A stretch of DNA of 64,000 nucleotides, taken from contig CBDFLE010000006.1 of assembly GCA_965248925.1 (NCBI GenBank), positions 2,464,001 to 2,528,000 on the forward strand, given 5' to 3'. The notes under the pieces were generated by a model. That model searched no databases and was not told the origin of the DNA. It was given only the letters and a program-made list of their open reading frames with translations. Numbering within the stretch: position 1 is the stretch's first letter; each line of letters begins with the position of its first letter. Positions 9,978 through 19,571 of this stretch are shown here, piece after piece. This DNA comes from Candidatus Multivoradales bacterium (GTDB taxonomy: Bacteria; Acidobacteriota; Thermoanaerobaculia; Multivoradales; J023). Position numbers and translations under genes: made by a program.

Positions 9978-10214
9978 CGGCTAACACTCCAGAGGAACGC
10001 GCGAACATCTGCCAACCCACCGGCCTCAAATGTGACATGACTATTGGGAAGATCTCTGGCATTGCTCTTGCTGGATTTCGACTGGTACCTCCCATTCCTT
10101 CTAGGAGATATCCAGAAAAGCGGACCACTTCTAAAGACCTTCGCAGAGCCCCTCGGATCCCGACACCGCGAACTTCAGATTCTAGCACATCCAAGGCACT
10201 CTCTTCGCCGCTCC

Positions 10215-12341
10215 TTATCTCCCCTCCGCACCGCCAAATATTCCACGAAAGATTGCTTCAAACTCGGGCACGTACTCGCCGCAGTCATCGATCTTCTCAC
10301 CCAGACTTCGCGCATCTTGCGTGCATGAAATCTCTTTGCACAGCGACTGAGCCCTCGTCGGCTTGTCAGAGCCCGTGACGCTGACCGGGTAATACGCCTC
10401 GATCGCGCCTTTCTCCAAGACATAGATGCTGCAAGACCTGAGTTCGGCGAGCAACTCTCTCTTTCTCCGCTGTATCTCGACTTTAGAGCTGTCCTTAAGC
10501 ACTGCCAGCCTCGGATTCGTCTTCTCAAAGACAAAGAGATCGCCCAGCAGACCCACCACCTTATCGTGCTCCCTGACCTCGCGCGCGCATAGGATTTTGT
10601 CGTATATCTGTCTCGCACGACCACGCTGCAATTCTCTCTGGAGTAACTTTACATCGGGCTTTGGAAGATCGTCTTCCCTCTTGATGATGGCGTCAACATC
10701 CCGCAGCAGACTGTCGCGAATCCTTCTCGCGCTATCAGACGGCTCGAGCTGTGCAAATCCGTCCACCAGAACATCAAGATCGGCGACAATAGCCACGTCC
10801 ACGCCGAAGCGCCTGAAGAAATTCGCATAGCGCCGGAAACTACCCTTACCAGAAGTCTTTATCAAACTCGTAGATGTGGACTTAAAATCCCAGCGCGAAT
10901 CCAGCAACTGCGCAATGTGGGGCAGCACGATCAACTCACTGTCACCCTCAACGAGGACGATCCGATCTGAAAAGAAAGCTAAATTACTACTCTCGAAACA
11001 GATGAGTTGAAACTTGTCCTTCTCCTTCAAATCTCCTAGATCTATAACGGAGCAGCTGCTCGCGGGCCGAGAGAAGCCCTCGTCTTGCTTCTTCTGAATC
11101 TTCACGAACATTGTTGTTTCACCCGCGGAGAAAAAGAACGGCGAGTGGGTTGTCACGATCACCTGATGCTCGCTTGAAATCAAGACCAATGCGTCAAAGA
11201 GAATATTCTGAGCACTGGGATGAAGGTAGAGTTCGGGCTCCTCGAAAAGGAAAATGAACTTCTCCCGCTGGCGTCTTGCGCTATCGCCATCCTCCCCCCA
11301 GACGGCATCATGCGATAACTGAACGTAGCTTCGGAGGATGCTGAACGCCACCGCTCTCTTGAACCCATCCCCCTTATTGTCAACGGGGCCGCGCACGCCA
11401 TCATCGGCCACAATTGTCGCGCTCGAGAGAACTGTCTTGATCTCAGGAGGCGGAATCTCCAATTCGATCTTAACATCACGAAACGTCTCACTCAGATTCT
11501 CCTGAATCCTCCTCTCGATCATTTTGACTTTACTCAACCGCTCATCCACAACCGTGCCATCATCTTGATAGATGCGGTTCAGTTTCTTCCTGAGATCATC
11601 AAACGTCTTCGCCTCTTCTCCCAGTTCTCCCGCGATCATATCGAGAAGAATGCTAATCAACTTTCCAAACGACGCACCACTTCTTGTCTTGAGATCATCA
11701 GAAAGATCTTTGACTGCGGGGATGTAAATGGGCTCGGGCAGCAGAGACCGGATGCTGTTGTCAATACCAGTTGGCAACGAGATATCGTCCTTTGTCAACT
11801 GGCTTGGCGGCAAGCTGTCGACATACTTCTCAACAACATCTTTTGCCGCCTTCTGCGTCTTTATGTTAGCCGCATCTTCGCGCGTCGTCGTGCTCGGGTA
11901 GCGTTCGAGTAGCGCTTTGCCGTTCTCGGCCCCCTTCTTTCCTTTGAAAGTGAGCCCGACTTCTTCGCTACGGTACTTTTTGTCGCGAGGAACTAACGTT
12001 ACGACTTTTAGCTTGGAGGACCCGCTGGTAGCATAGCGGCGCGCGAGCACCAGCGTCCCACCTGACACATACTGCGCAAGTTTATCCCGGTGTTCATCTG
12101 TGAGAGAGGAGAGTATTTCTGCGGTCACTCCCGCCAAAGTGACAGTGATGAGGATTTCTTGATCAGGATCATAGTACTCAGCCGGGCTGAGCTTCGTACC
12201 ATTCACGAAGAGTAGCAGTGCCTGCAGAAGAGAAGATTTGCCTGCATTGTTTTGCCCAACAACACAGACAAAATTAGACATCCCGCATTCAGCTTCTCGC
12301 AACCCCTTATAGTTCTCAACCTTCAAATGCGTAATATTCAC
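10215..12341 (-). CDS. OLD-family ATP-dependent nuclease (ABC ATPase + TOPRIM)
   Basis: GQNNAGKS Walker A, LFEEPELYLHP Walker B, TTHSP, TOPRIM LVEGDSE and ADLD; lower GC than flanks. Confidence 0.9.
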   Translation of the reverse strand: MNITHLKVENYKGLREAECGMSNFVCVVGQNNAGKSSLLQALLLFVNGTKLSPAEYYDPDQEILITVTLAGVTAEILSSLTDEHRDKLAQYVSGGTLVLARRYATSGSSKLKVVTLVPRDKKYRSEEVGLTFKGKKGAENGKALLERYPSTTTREDAANIKTQKAAKDVVEKYVDSLPPSQLTKDDISLPTGIDNSIRSLLPEPIYIPAVKDLSDDLKTRSGASFGKLISILLDMIAGELGEEAKTFDDLRKKLNRIYQDDGTVVDERLSKVKMIERRIQENLSETFRDVKIELEIPPPEIKTVLSSATIVADDGVRGPVDNKGDGFKRAVAFSILRSYVQLSHDAVWGEDGDSARRQREKFIFLFEEPELYLHPSAQNILFDALVLISSEHQVIVTTHSPFFFSAGETTMFVKIQKKQDEGFSRPASSCSVIDLGDLKEKDKFQLICFESSNLAFFSDRIVLVEGDSELIVLPHIAQLLDSRWDFKSTSTSLIKTSGKGSFRRYANFFRRFGVDVAIVADLDVLVDGFAQLEPSDSARRIRDSLLRDVDAIIKREDDLPKPDVKLLQRELQRGRARQIYDKILCAREVREHDKVVGLLGDLFVFEKTNPRLAVLKDSSKVEIQRRKRELLAELRSCSIYVLEKGAIEAYYPVSVTGSDKPTRAQSLCKEISCTQDARSLGEKIDDCGEYVPEFEAIFRGIFGGAEGR

Positions 12342-12706
12342 TGGATAACTTCTCAGTGTTGGTTAGTTGGCGCTAGTGCCCCCTTGGGGGATGGGTCGAA
12401 ACCTCCAAGACAAGGGAACCGCCAGCCTGCGCGACCAGTCCCCAGTTCGCACTCGCAACGCCGTTCGTGATCGAGTCTGGTGCACTGAAGACACGCCCCA
12501 GCCAGCGCTCTGAGCAACACAACTACGCAGATTTTGCTCTTCTTGGCAGGGCGAAAGGCAACCACTGGCTTCTCCAAGTCGGAATTCTTGACCTCGATTA
12601 TCAAGGTTACCAGGGCGACCTTACCCTCCGTCACACATCAGCATGAACTCCTGCCACTGCGTGTCCATGCACAATTATTCAAGAGTAGTGGCCACTTCGC
12701 CGCACG

Positions 12707-12964
12707 TCAAGACAGCCGGAGACGAATATTGCGGCTTGTAACGAGGAGCAGCTTCAACGGTTCGCCGCGAATATGCAGCGAGTCGACGAAGTCGGAATCC
12801 TTGGTTGCGACAACCCTGGTTTCGCGGATAGAGAGTTCGTTGATCTCGCGATCCGTGATCCCGTTGGCCCGTTTCAGGTCTGGGGTGTGGATGGCATCGT
12901 GCCTGCGTTCGCGGAGTCGGAACACGAGACGGCGGGGAAGGTGGGCGTCGATCAGGAAATCCAA
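12707..12964 (-). CDS. DUF5615 (PIN-like) toxin, probably C-terminally truncated
   Basis: FLIDAHLP, TDREI, TKDSDF motifs; only 85 aa. Confidence 0.75.
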   Translation of the reverse strand: MDFLIDAHLPRRLVFRLRERRHDAIHTPDLKRANGITDREINELSIRETRVVATKDSDFVDSLHIRGEPLKLLLVTSRNIRLRLS

Positions 12965-13191
12965 CCAGCTGCCGGATCGATGCGTTTGAGGCGCACTACC
13001 CGTGCCGCGTATGCCAAAGCAGCGAGGATGTCGTCTTGTTCGAGATCCTCGTAGTCTGCGAGTATCTCCTCTAACGTCATGCCTGAACTCAACAGCTCAA
13101 GCACCATCTCCACGGTATAGTGCAATCCGCGAAGCGTCGGTCTGCCGTGGCAAATATCCGGGTCAATCGCTATACGGTCAAGCTGTTCCAT
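12952..13191 (-). CDS. DUF433 antitoxin
   Basis: RIAIDPDICHGRPTLRG..TVEMVLELLSSGMTLEEILADYEDLEQDDI. Confidence 0.9.
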   Translation of the reverse strand: MEQLDRIAIDPDICHGRPTLRGLHYTVEMVLELLSSGMTLEEILADYEDLEQDDILAALAYAARVVRLKRIDPAAGWIS

Positions 13192-13253
13192 GAACTCACC
13201 TCACTGCGATCCTACTACTCCGCAGACCGCTCTTTCCTACCAACCGCATCCTC

Positions 13254-14174
13254 TCAGCGCTTCGCCACCGCCTGCCAGAGATCGCGCAAGGCTTCGTCCA
13301 GCGAGCGCTCCGGCTTCCAGCCCAGCGCTCGCAGACGAGCGCTGTCACCACAGAGCACCGGCACGTCGATCGGGCGTACGCGGCTTTCTTCGCGTTCGAT
13401 CTCGGCGGTGACCCCTGAGATCGAACGCAGTCGATCCAAGACTTCGGCAATCGAATGTGCCTTGCCGGTGGCCAGGTTGTAGACCTCGCCGGGCTCGCCG
13501 CGTTCTAGCAAGATGCAGTAGCCGCGGGCGTAATCGGCGATGTGGACAAAGTCTCGTCGCGGGCTCAGATCACCCACCCGGATCACCGGTTCGGCTTCGC
13601 CGCGATCGATCGCCGCGAGCTGGGCGGCGAAGGAGGGCAGGGCAAACTGCGGCGACTGGCCCGGACCGATGGCGTTGAACGACCGGGCCACCAGCGCCCC
13701 ATGATCCTGTGCCACCACTTCGGCACAGGCCTTGGTCATGGCATAGGGAGTGCGCGGATCGAGGGGTCGGTTTTCTGCAATCGGCTGCTGGTCTTCGGGC
13801 ACCGAGCCATAGACCTCGGCGCTCGAAGCGAACAGCACTTTGCAGTCGATACCCCGGTGCAGGCGCACCGCCCGCACCAAGTTACGGGTGCCAACGAAAT
13901 TGACCCGCTGGTAGTCGCCCGGACGCTGCCACGATTCACCAACATGGGACAGGCCGGCGAGGTGGACGACGGCGTCGGGACGGCAGGACTCGATGACCTC
14001 GTTCAACCGCTCGGGGTCGAGCACGTCGGCAACGTGGATCTGGATATCCGCCAGCGCGCCACCACGGCCATTGGTGTCGCTGGTCAAGCCCTCGACTGAG
14101 TGCCCGGCGGCCTGTAGCTCTGGGGCTAGCTGGCCGCCGACGAAACCGGTGATGCCAGTGATCAGAATTCGCAT
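13254..14174 (-). CDS. GDP-6-deoxy-D-mannose reductase (Rmd)-like SDR
   Basis: TGITGFVG, HLAGLSHVGESW, SSAEVYG, PYAMTK, FNAIGPGQ. Confidence 0.8.
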   Translation of the reverse strand: MRILITGITGFVGGQLAPELQAAGHSVEGLTSDTNGRGGALADIQIHVADVLDPERLNEVIESCRPDAVVHLAGLSHVGESWQRPGDYQRVNFVGTRNLVRAVRLHRGIDCKVLFASSAEVYGSVPEDQQPIAENRPLDPRTPYAMTKACAEVVAQDHGALVARSFNAIGPGQSPQFALPSFAAQLAAIDRGEAEPVIRVGDLSPRRDFVHIADYARGYCILLERGEPGEVYNLATGKAHSIAEVLDRLRSISGVTAEIEREESRVRPIDVPVLCGDSARLRALGWKPERSLDEALRDLWQAVAKR

Positions 14175-14180
14175 CGCGGC

Positions 14181-15140
14181 TCAGGCAACCCGCTCGAGCC
14201 AGTAGTCGAAGGTGTCGCGCAAGGTCTTGTCGAACGGCACCTTGGGCTCCCAACCGGTATCGGCCCGCAGTTTCGAGCTGTCGCCGATCAGAATCTCGAC
14301 GTCTGAGGGTCGCAGACGGTCCGGGTCGGTCTGCACGTCGACCTCGACCTCGGCCAGCACGATCAGGCGGTCGAGCAACTCGCGGATGGTGATGCCCACC
14401 CCGGTGCAGATGTTGTAGACCTCGCCCGGCTTGCCAAGCTGGGTGGCCAACCAGTAGGCGCGCACGGTGTCGCGCACGTCGGTGAAGTCACGGATCGCAT
14501 CGAGATTGCCCACTCGCATCACCGGTTTGGCCAGGCCTTTCTTGATCCGCGCCAGCTGACGGGCGAAGTTGGAGGTGACGAAAACTTCTCCGCGCCGCGG
14601 TCCGGTGTGATTGAAACCGCGGGTACGCAGGGTCTTCAGACCATAGCTCTGGAAGTATTGGTAGGCCAGATAATCCTGACCGACCTTGGACACCGCGTAG
14701 GGGGACAGCGGGCGTAGCGGATTGGTCTCTTTGATCGGCGTCTCATCAGAATGCACCAGGCCGTACTCCTCGCTCGAGCAGGCGATCTGAATCACCGGAT
14801 CGAGACCCAGATCACGTACCGCCTCGAAGATGTGAGTCTGGCCGAGGATGTTGCCACTCAGGGTATCCATCGGCGCGCTCCAGCTGGTCGGCACGAAACT
14901 CTGCGCCGCCAGGTGGAAAATCAAATCCGGCCGCACCGCCGCCAGGGTGCGATGGACCGATTGATAATCGCGCAATTCGGTCTCGTGCAAGGTAACCTGA
15001 TCAAGGATGCCCTCGATGTTGTCTAGCGGACTGCGCCAGCGGCGAGTGCCGTGAATCTCGACCTGCGGTTGCTCGGCGAGCAGCAGCTCGGCCAAGTGCG
15101 AACCGGCAAAGCCGGTAATGCCAGTGATCAATGCTTTCAT
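14181..15140 (-). CDS. gmd: GDP-mannose 4,6-dehydratase family protein
   Basis: ALITGITGFAGSHLAELLL, HLAAQSFV, SSEEYG, SPYAVSK, FNHTGPRRGEVFVT, GNLDAIRD. Confidence 0.75.
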   Translation of the reverse strand: MKALITGITGFAGSHLAELLLAEQPQVEIHGTRRWRSPLDNIEGILDQVTLHETELRDYQSVHRTLAAVRPDLIFHLAAQSFVPTSWSAPMDTLSGNILGQTHIFEAVRDLGLDPVIQIACSSEEYGLVHSDETPIKETNPLRPLSPYAVSKVGQDYLAYQYFQSYGLKTLRTRGFNHTGPRRGEVFVTSNFARQLARIKKGLAKPVMRVGNLDAIRDFTDVRDTVRAYWLATQLGKPGEVYNICTGVGITIRELLDRLIVLAEVEVDVQTDPDRLRPSDVEILIGDSSKLRADTGWEPKVPFDKTLRDTFDYWLERVA

Positions 15141-15985
15141 GCTATTCCTCTTGAATCATCCAAGTAGGCCACCAGCCCTGCTTCCCAGGATTCGGCGGGC
15201 CGGCCGACAGCGGCCTCGAAACGTTCAACACCGAGCACCGAGTAGGGCGGTCGGCAAGCAGGTCGTGGAAACTCCTCGGTGGGCACCGGGCTGATCTCGT
15301 GCCCGGGCCGCACATGGCTTGAGATGGCGACGGCGAAGCCGTGCCAGGACACCGCCTGGCGATTGCGATAGTGCATCACCCCATGGCTGCCACGCTGCGC
15401 TAGATCCCAAATGGCGCGCGCCAAATAAGGGGTGTAGGTGGGACAACCCGTCTGGTCGTCCACCACTCGCAAAGGGGTGCCGGCAAGCATCAAGCGTCGC
15501 ATGGTGAGAACAAAATTCGGGCCACCCGGCCCAAAAAGCCAACTCGAACGCAGCACCAAGGCGCGTCGATAGCGCAAAGCGCTCTGCTCACCGAGCAACT
15601 TGCTCTCGCCATAGACCGACAACGGGCCGGTGTCGGCATCCTCAGGGTAGGGCTCGCTGCCGCCGCCAGCAAAAACATAGTCGCTCGACACCTGGACCAA
15701 CGCCGCGTCGTGTAGCTCGGCCGCCGCCACCGCGTTCTCGACCGCTCGGCCATTGATCTCCAAAGCGTGCTCGCGCTGTTCTTCGCAGGCATCGACCTGG
15801 GTGAAGGCGGCACAATTGACGATCAGTTGCGGACGGAAGGTATCGGCCCAGTAGAGCAGCCGTTGGCGGTCGGTCAAATCGGCTTGCGAACTTGACAGCG
15901 CGAGCACCGCCACATCCCGCCGCCGCCACTCGGCAGCCACCGCTTGGCCCAACATGCCTGTACCGCCCAACACCAAAGCACGCAT
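15137..15985 (-). CDS. rfbD: dTDP-4-dehydrorhamnose reductase
   Basis: LGGTGMLG, NCAAFTQVDACE, SSDYVF, YGESKLLGE, DQTGCPT; real start at MRALVLGG (15985). Confidence 0.92.
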   Translation of the reverse strand: MRALVLGGTGMLGQAVAAEWRRRDVAVLALSSSQADLTDRQRLLYWADTFRPQLIVNCAAFTQVDACEEQREHALEINGRAVENAVAAAELHDAALVQVSSDYVFAGGGSEPYPEDADTGPLSVYGESKLLGEQSALRYRRALVLRSSWLFGPGGPNFVLTMRRLMLAGTPLRVVDDQTGCPTYTPYLARAIWDLAQRGSHGVMHYRNRQAVSWHGFAVAISSHVRPGHEISPVPTEEFPRPACRPPYSVLGVERFEAAVGRPAESWEAGLVAYLDDSRGIA

Positions 15986-15996
15986 CGACTGCCTCC

Positions 15997-17067
15997 TCAG
16001 GCTATGCCCACCTCGGAGTTGTCTCCGAGCATGAAGCGATAGGCCTTGGGCTTGATGTCGGGGCGAGCGATGCGCACGTTGCGGCCGATCAACGAGCCGT
16101 CGATGCGGAGCGGCACATCGCTGATCTCGCTGTCGGCGAGGACGATCGAGTTCTCGATCTCGCAATGGGACAGCCGGCAGCCATCGCCGATCGAAGTGTA
16201 GGGGCCGACGAAGGTGTGGCTCAGCCGCACCCCATTGCCGATCACCGCCGGCCCGCGCACCACGCAATCGTGCAATTCGGTATTGGCGCCAAGCTGCACC
16301 CGCCCTTCAATCCGATTACCGGCGCTGGTGGCATGCCCACCATGGGGGATATTCATCGATTCGAGCACGATGTGGTTGGCTTCGAGCATGTCTTCCAGTT
16401 TGCCGGTGTCTTTCCACCATCCCCGGATTTTGTGCGGATGCACACTGAGCCCGCGATCGATCAGGTCCTGAATCGCATCGGTGATCTCCAGCTCGCCCCG
16501 CGCCGAGGGCCTGATCCGGTGCACCGACTCGAAAATCTTGGCGTCGAACATGTAGACCCCAACCAGGGCCAGGTTGGAGCGCGGTTCGGCGGGTTTCTCG
16601 ACCAAACGCTCGACCCGGCCGTCGGCGGTCAGCTCGGCAACCCCGAACTGCTGCGGATTGGGTACTTCGGCAAGCAAGATCTCGCTGTTGCAACCCAGTT
16701 CCTGGAACTCCTCCACCAGCGAAGTGATGCCACCCGCGATCAGATTGTCGCCCAGGTACATGACGAAGGAATCGTCGCCGATGAAGTCCTCGGCGATCAT
16801 CACCGCATGGGCCAAACCGCGGGGTGCGTCTTGCTCGATGTAAGTCACGCGGGCGCCGAATTGACTGCCATCGCCCACCGCTGCCTTGATCTCGTCTTTG
16901 GTCTCACCGACGATGATGCCGATCTCGGTGATGCCGGCGGCAACAATCGACTCGATGCCGAAAAAGAGCACCGGCTTGTTGGCCACCGGCACCAGCTGTT
17001 TGGCCGAGGTGTAGGTCAGCGGTCTGAGCCGTGTACCTTTGCCACCGGAAAGAATCAATCCTTTCAT
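15997..17067 (-). CDS. rfbA: Glucose-1-phosphate thymidylyltransferase (long form)
   Basis: LSGGKGTRLRPLT..AKQLVPVANKP, YLGDN, VEKP, SARGELEITD, WWKDTG. Confidence 0.92.
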   Translation of the reverse strand: MKGLILSGGKGTRLRPLTYTSAKQLVPVANKPVLFFGIESIVAAGITEIGIIVGETKDEIKAAVGDGSQFGARVTYIEQDAPRGLAHAVMIAEDFIGDDSFVMYLGDNLIAGGITSLVEEFQELGCNSEILLAEVPNPQQFGVAELTADGRVERLVEKPAEPRSNLALVGVYMFDAKIFESVHRIRPSARGELEITDAIQDLIDRGLSVHPHKIRGWWKDTGKLEDMLEANHIVLESMNIPHGGHATSAGNRIEGRVQLGANTELHDCVVRGPAVIGNGVRLSHTFVGPYTSIGDGCRLSHCEIENSIVLADSEISDVPLRIDGSLIGRNVRIARPDIKPKAYRFMLGDNSEVGIA

Positions 17068-17126
17068 TTCTTTTCTACTCTGGACCGCGCCAAGGTCCCG
17101 CGGTCACGGGTCACGGAGCCCGGCGC

Positions 17127-19571
17127 TCAGGAGGAACCGAGCCTGCCGGTGAGGTCCAAGAAAGTGCCCACGTTCTTGAGCGTGAACGAGAAGCGGTAAT
17201 CGCGGTCGGTGTCACGCTGGGGGCTGTTCACCCCACCTTGGCGCAACTTCGATTCGCGGTATTCGAGTTCCAAGCTGTAGCAACTGCCGATATAACGAAT
17301 GAAGTGACGCTGTTGCAGCAGCTCTTTTGCCAGCAAGTCGTAGCTGACCCCCGAATCGAGATAGAGCCGTTCCGGTAGCAACGAGAAACTGGTGCTGAAG
17401 CGCAACTGATCACTGCGCCGACGCTTCACCTCCTCATTATCGGTCAAGCGGAAGCGGGTGAACCAGCTGACTCCGAAACCATGGTTGCCGATCTTGCTAC
17501 CACCGCTCAAGGAGAAATTCTCCACCTGGCTGAAGAGGGTGCTGTACCGGGTTTCGAGCTTGAAGCTGGTTTCGGGATTAGGATTGAAGCGAAACAAGCC
17601 GTTGATCGGCCCCGCCGAACGGGTCGCCGGCATCCCATCCAGAGTTCCCCGCTGACCGGGAAGGTCGTCGTCGAGGCTAACGCCCTGGCTGAAGCTCAGC
17701 GAGGCGATTTCGAATGCGCTGCCTTCATTGCCATCTTCATCCGGCGGTGGCTTGGCGAGGATCCGATTGGTCAGAGTGAAGAACAGTCCGTTGACCGAAA
17801 ATAGCGGATCAACCTCGTCGAAGAGGAAGATCCGGTCTTGGTCAGAAGGACCGTCGCCGCCGTCGGTGGCATTCATACTGCCATCAACGAAGGCATATTG
17901 AATCCGCGGCTCGATGATGTGCTTGAGCTTGCCTTTCTTCTTTTTGCCGCCTTCACGATCGTAAATCCGCGAGAAGCTTGGCCCGATTAGCTCCAAGCTG
18001 GCGGTAGGAAAGGTACGTACCAGGCTGTCACCGGTAAACTTGGTGCGCGCCGCGTCGACGACCTCGCCATCGTCGTCGAGAATGTCGGCTCCATTCAGGC
18101 TGTCGGAATACCAGGTGAATCGCTGTCCCAGCTTCAGTTCGGCCGACAACCATGGCAGACGGCTCAAGGGAATCGATATTTCCGGCAGCAGGTCGGCGCG
18201 CTGGTAGGCGTAATTGAACTCTTCAAACTTCGCTTCGCGACCGCTGCCGTCGGTAAGAACTTCGAGATCGATTTCAAAACTACTCACCGAACTCAGCACA
18301 CTGAGATAGATCGGCAGCTTGCCCAGCTTGTTGTTGCGCAACCGGTATTCGACCTCGGGCAGCTGGCGACGCACGTCCAGAGTGCCGGTGCCGCTAGTGG
18401 GACGAATGATCTCACGCTGGTCGACCTGGAAATTCAGCGAGTGGTTGCCAAAACTACGACTCAGATGCCCTACTGAGTAGACTTCGGCCCGGGTCTGGCG
18501 TGACACATCGCGCTCGTACTCTTGCTGGAAATCGAGATCGGAGTAGTCTTCGAAATGCAAGATACCCCGCCAGCCCCCCCACAGGTTGTTGCTTTGGTGG
18601 TCGTAGCGAATTCGCCACCGATTGCGGGTGACTCCTGGCTCGTAGTTACGTGGATCGAAGAAGGCGAAGATGCCATCTTCTTCGAGGCCCTCCAGACCGC
18701 TGGGCTCGTTGAGCAGGTAGCCGCTAAAGCTACCGCTCGAATCCTCGGAAAAGCGGTAGCGATATTCGGCACCGAAGCCATAAAACTGCTTGCTGTAGAG
18801 ATCGAGAAAGAAGGTGGCGTCGGCACTGCGGCCGAGGGTCTTGAAGTAAGCCAAGCCGAGGTAGCCACCGCGGCGGTTCGAATAGCCGGGCTTGGGAATC
18901 AGCATGCCGCTGCTGCGCTCGGTCTTCGCCGGCCACAGGATGTAGGGAAAATACATCGCCGGAATGTTGCCGAAGCGCATTCGCGCGTTGCGGATCCGCG
19001 CATAGCCGCCGACGGTGATCGAAGCCTTGGTCAAGGCTAGAGACCAGGGCGGTTTGTCCTCGTCGTCACAGGAGGTGAAGACACCGTCGGTGATGAGGTA
19101 CTCGTCGGGGCCCACTTTGGCGATGGTGTCACCGGTGAAGTAATACCCGGGATCGACGAAGGCCTTGCCGTTGGTGATCTTGCCGGTGCGGGTTTCGAGG
19201 TCCCATTCGAGGCTGTCGCCGGACATCCGTCGCGGCCCCTCGTCAATGATCACGTTGCCTTCGGCGGTGAGCAGGTGGGTGGCGATGTCGTAACGAGCGC
19301 GATCGGCCTGCACCTTGGTGTCGCCATACTTCAACCGCAGCCCTTCGGTGGCGAGGAAATACTCCCCCGCTTGGTACTGAAACTGGCCGGCCGAGCCCTC
19401 GATCTGGCCACCCTGTTCGAGCTTGATGTCGAAAGAGGTGCGGTCGCTGGTGTCTGCGGCCACGTCTTCTTCGGCGGCATCGGTCCGGGCGGACTGCTGG
19501 GCCTGCAACGGCAGCCCACCGGCCAGCAGGCCGAAAAGCAACAACGGAGTCACGAATAACGATCGAATCAT
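17127..19571 (-). CDS. lptD: LPS-assembly protein LptD
   Basis: Signal peptide, N-terminal beta-jellyroll, FTSCD..PPW, RSSGMLIP, beta-barrel C-terminus; ATG overlaps thiolase stop. Confidence 0.8.
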   Translation of the reverse strand: MIRSLFVTPLLLFGLLAGGLPLQAQQSARTDAAEEDVAADTSDRTSFDIKLEQGGQIEGSAGQFQYQAGEYFLATEGLRLKYGDTKVQADRARYDIATHLLTAEGNVIIDEGPRRMSGDSLEWDLETRTGKITNGKAFVDPGYYFTGDTIAKVGPDEYLITDGVFTSCDDEDKPPWSLALTKASITVGGYARIRNARMRFGNIPAMYFPYILWPAKTERSSGMLIPKPGYSNRRGGYLGLAYFKTLGRSADATFFLDLYSKQFYGFGAEYRYRFSEDSSGSFSGYLLNEPSGLEGLEEDGIFAFFDPRNYEPGVTRNRWRIRYDHQSNNLWGGWRGILHFEDYSDLDFQQEYERDVSRQTRAEVYSVGHLSRSFGNHSLNFQVDQREIIRPTSGTGTLDVRRQLPEVEYRLRNNKLGKLPIYLSVLSSVSSFEIDLEVLTDGSGREAKFEEFNYAYQRADLLPEISIPLSRLPWLSAELKLGQRFTWYSDSLNGADILDDDGEVVDAARTKFTGDSLVRTFPTASLELIGPSFSRIYDREGGKKKKGKLKHIIEPRIQYAFVDGSMNATDGGDGPSDQDRIFLFDEVDPLFSVNGLFFTLTNRILAKPPPDEDGNEGSAFEIASLSFSQGVSLDDDLPGQRGTLDGMPATRSAGPINGLFRFNPNPETSFKLETRYSTLFSQVENFSLSGGSKIGNHGFGVSWFTRFRLTDNEEVKRRRSDQLRFSTSFSLLPERLYLDSGVSYDLLAKELLQQRHFIRYIGSCYSLELEYRESKLRQGGVNSPQRDTDRDYRFSFTLKNVGTFLDLTGRLGSS

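Noticed and set aside
9975-12370. Integron attC sites between the TA/OLD genes
   Set aside because: Isolated GTTAG/CTAAC words only; no paired R''/R' boxes or integrase.
12372-12420. tRNA 3'-half-like sequence (GGAGGTTTCGACCC..GGGGGCACTA, minus strand) as an att remnant
   Set aside because: Too degenerate; no cloverleaf, no CCA and no matching second copy.
12353-12634. 93-aa ORF with IIEVK (PD-(D/E)xK-like fragment)
   Set aside because: A single short motif with no RBS; cannot be supported.
15986-16267. N-terminal extension of rfbD in the ORF track
   Set aside because: It overlaps rfbA out of frame; the Rossmann motif begins at ATG 15985.
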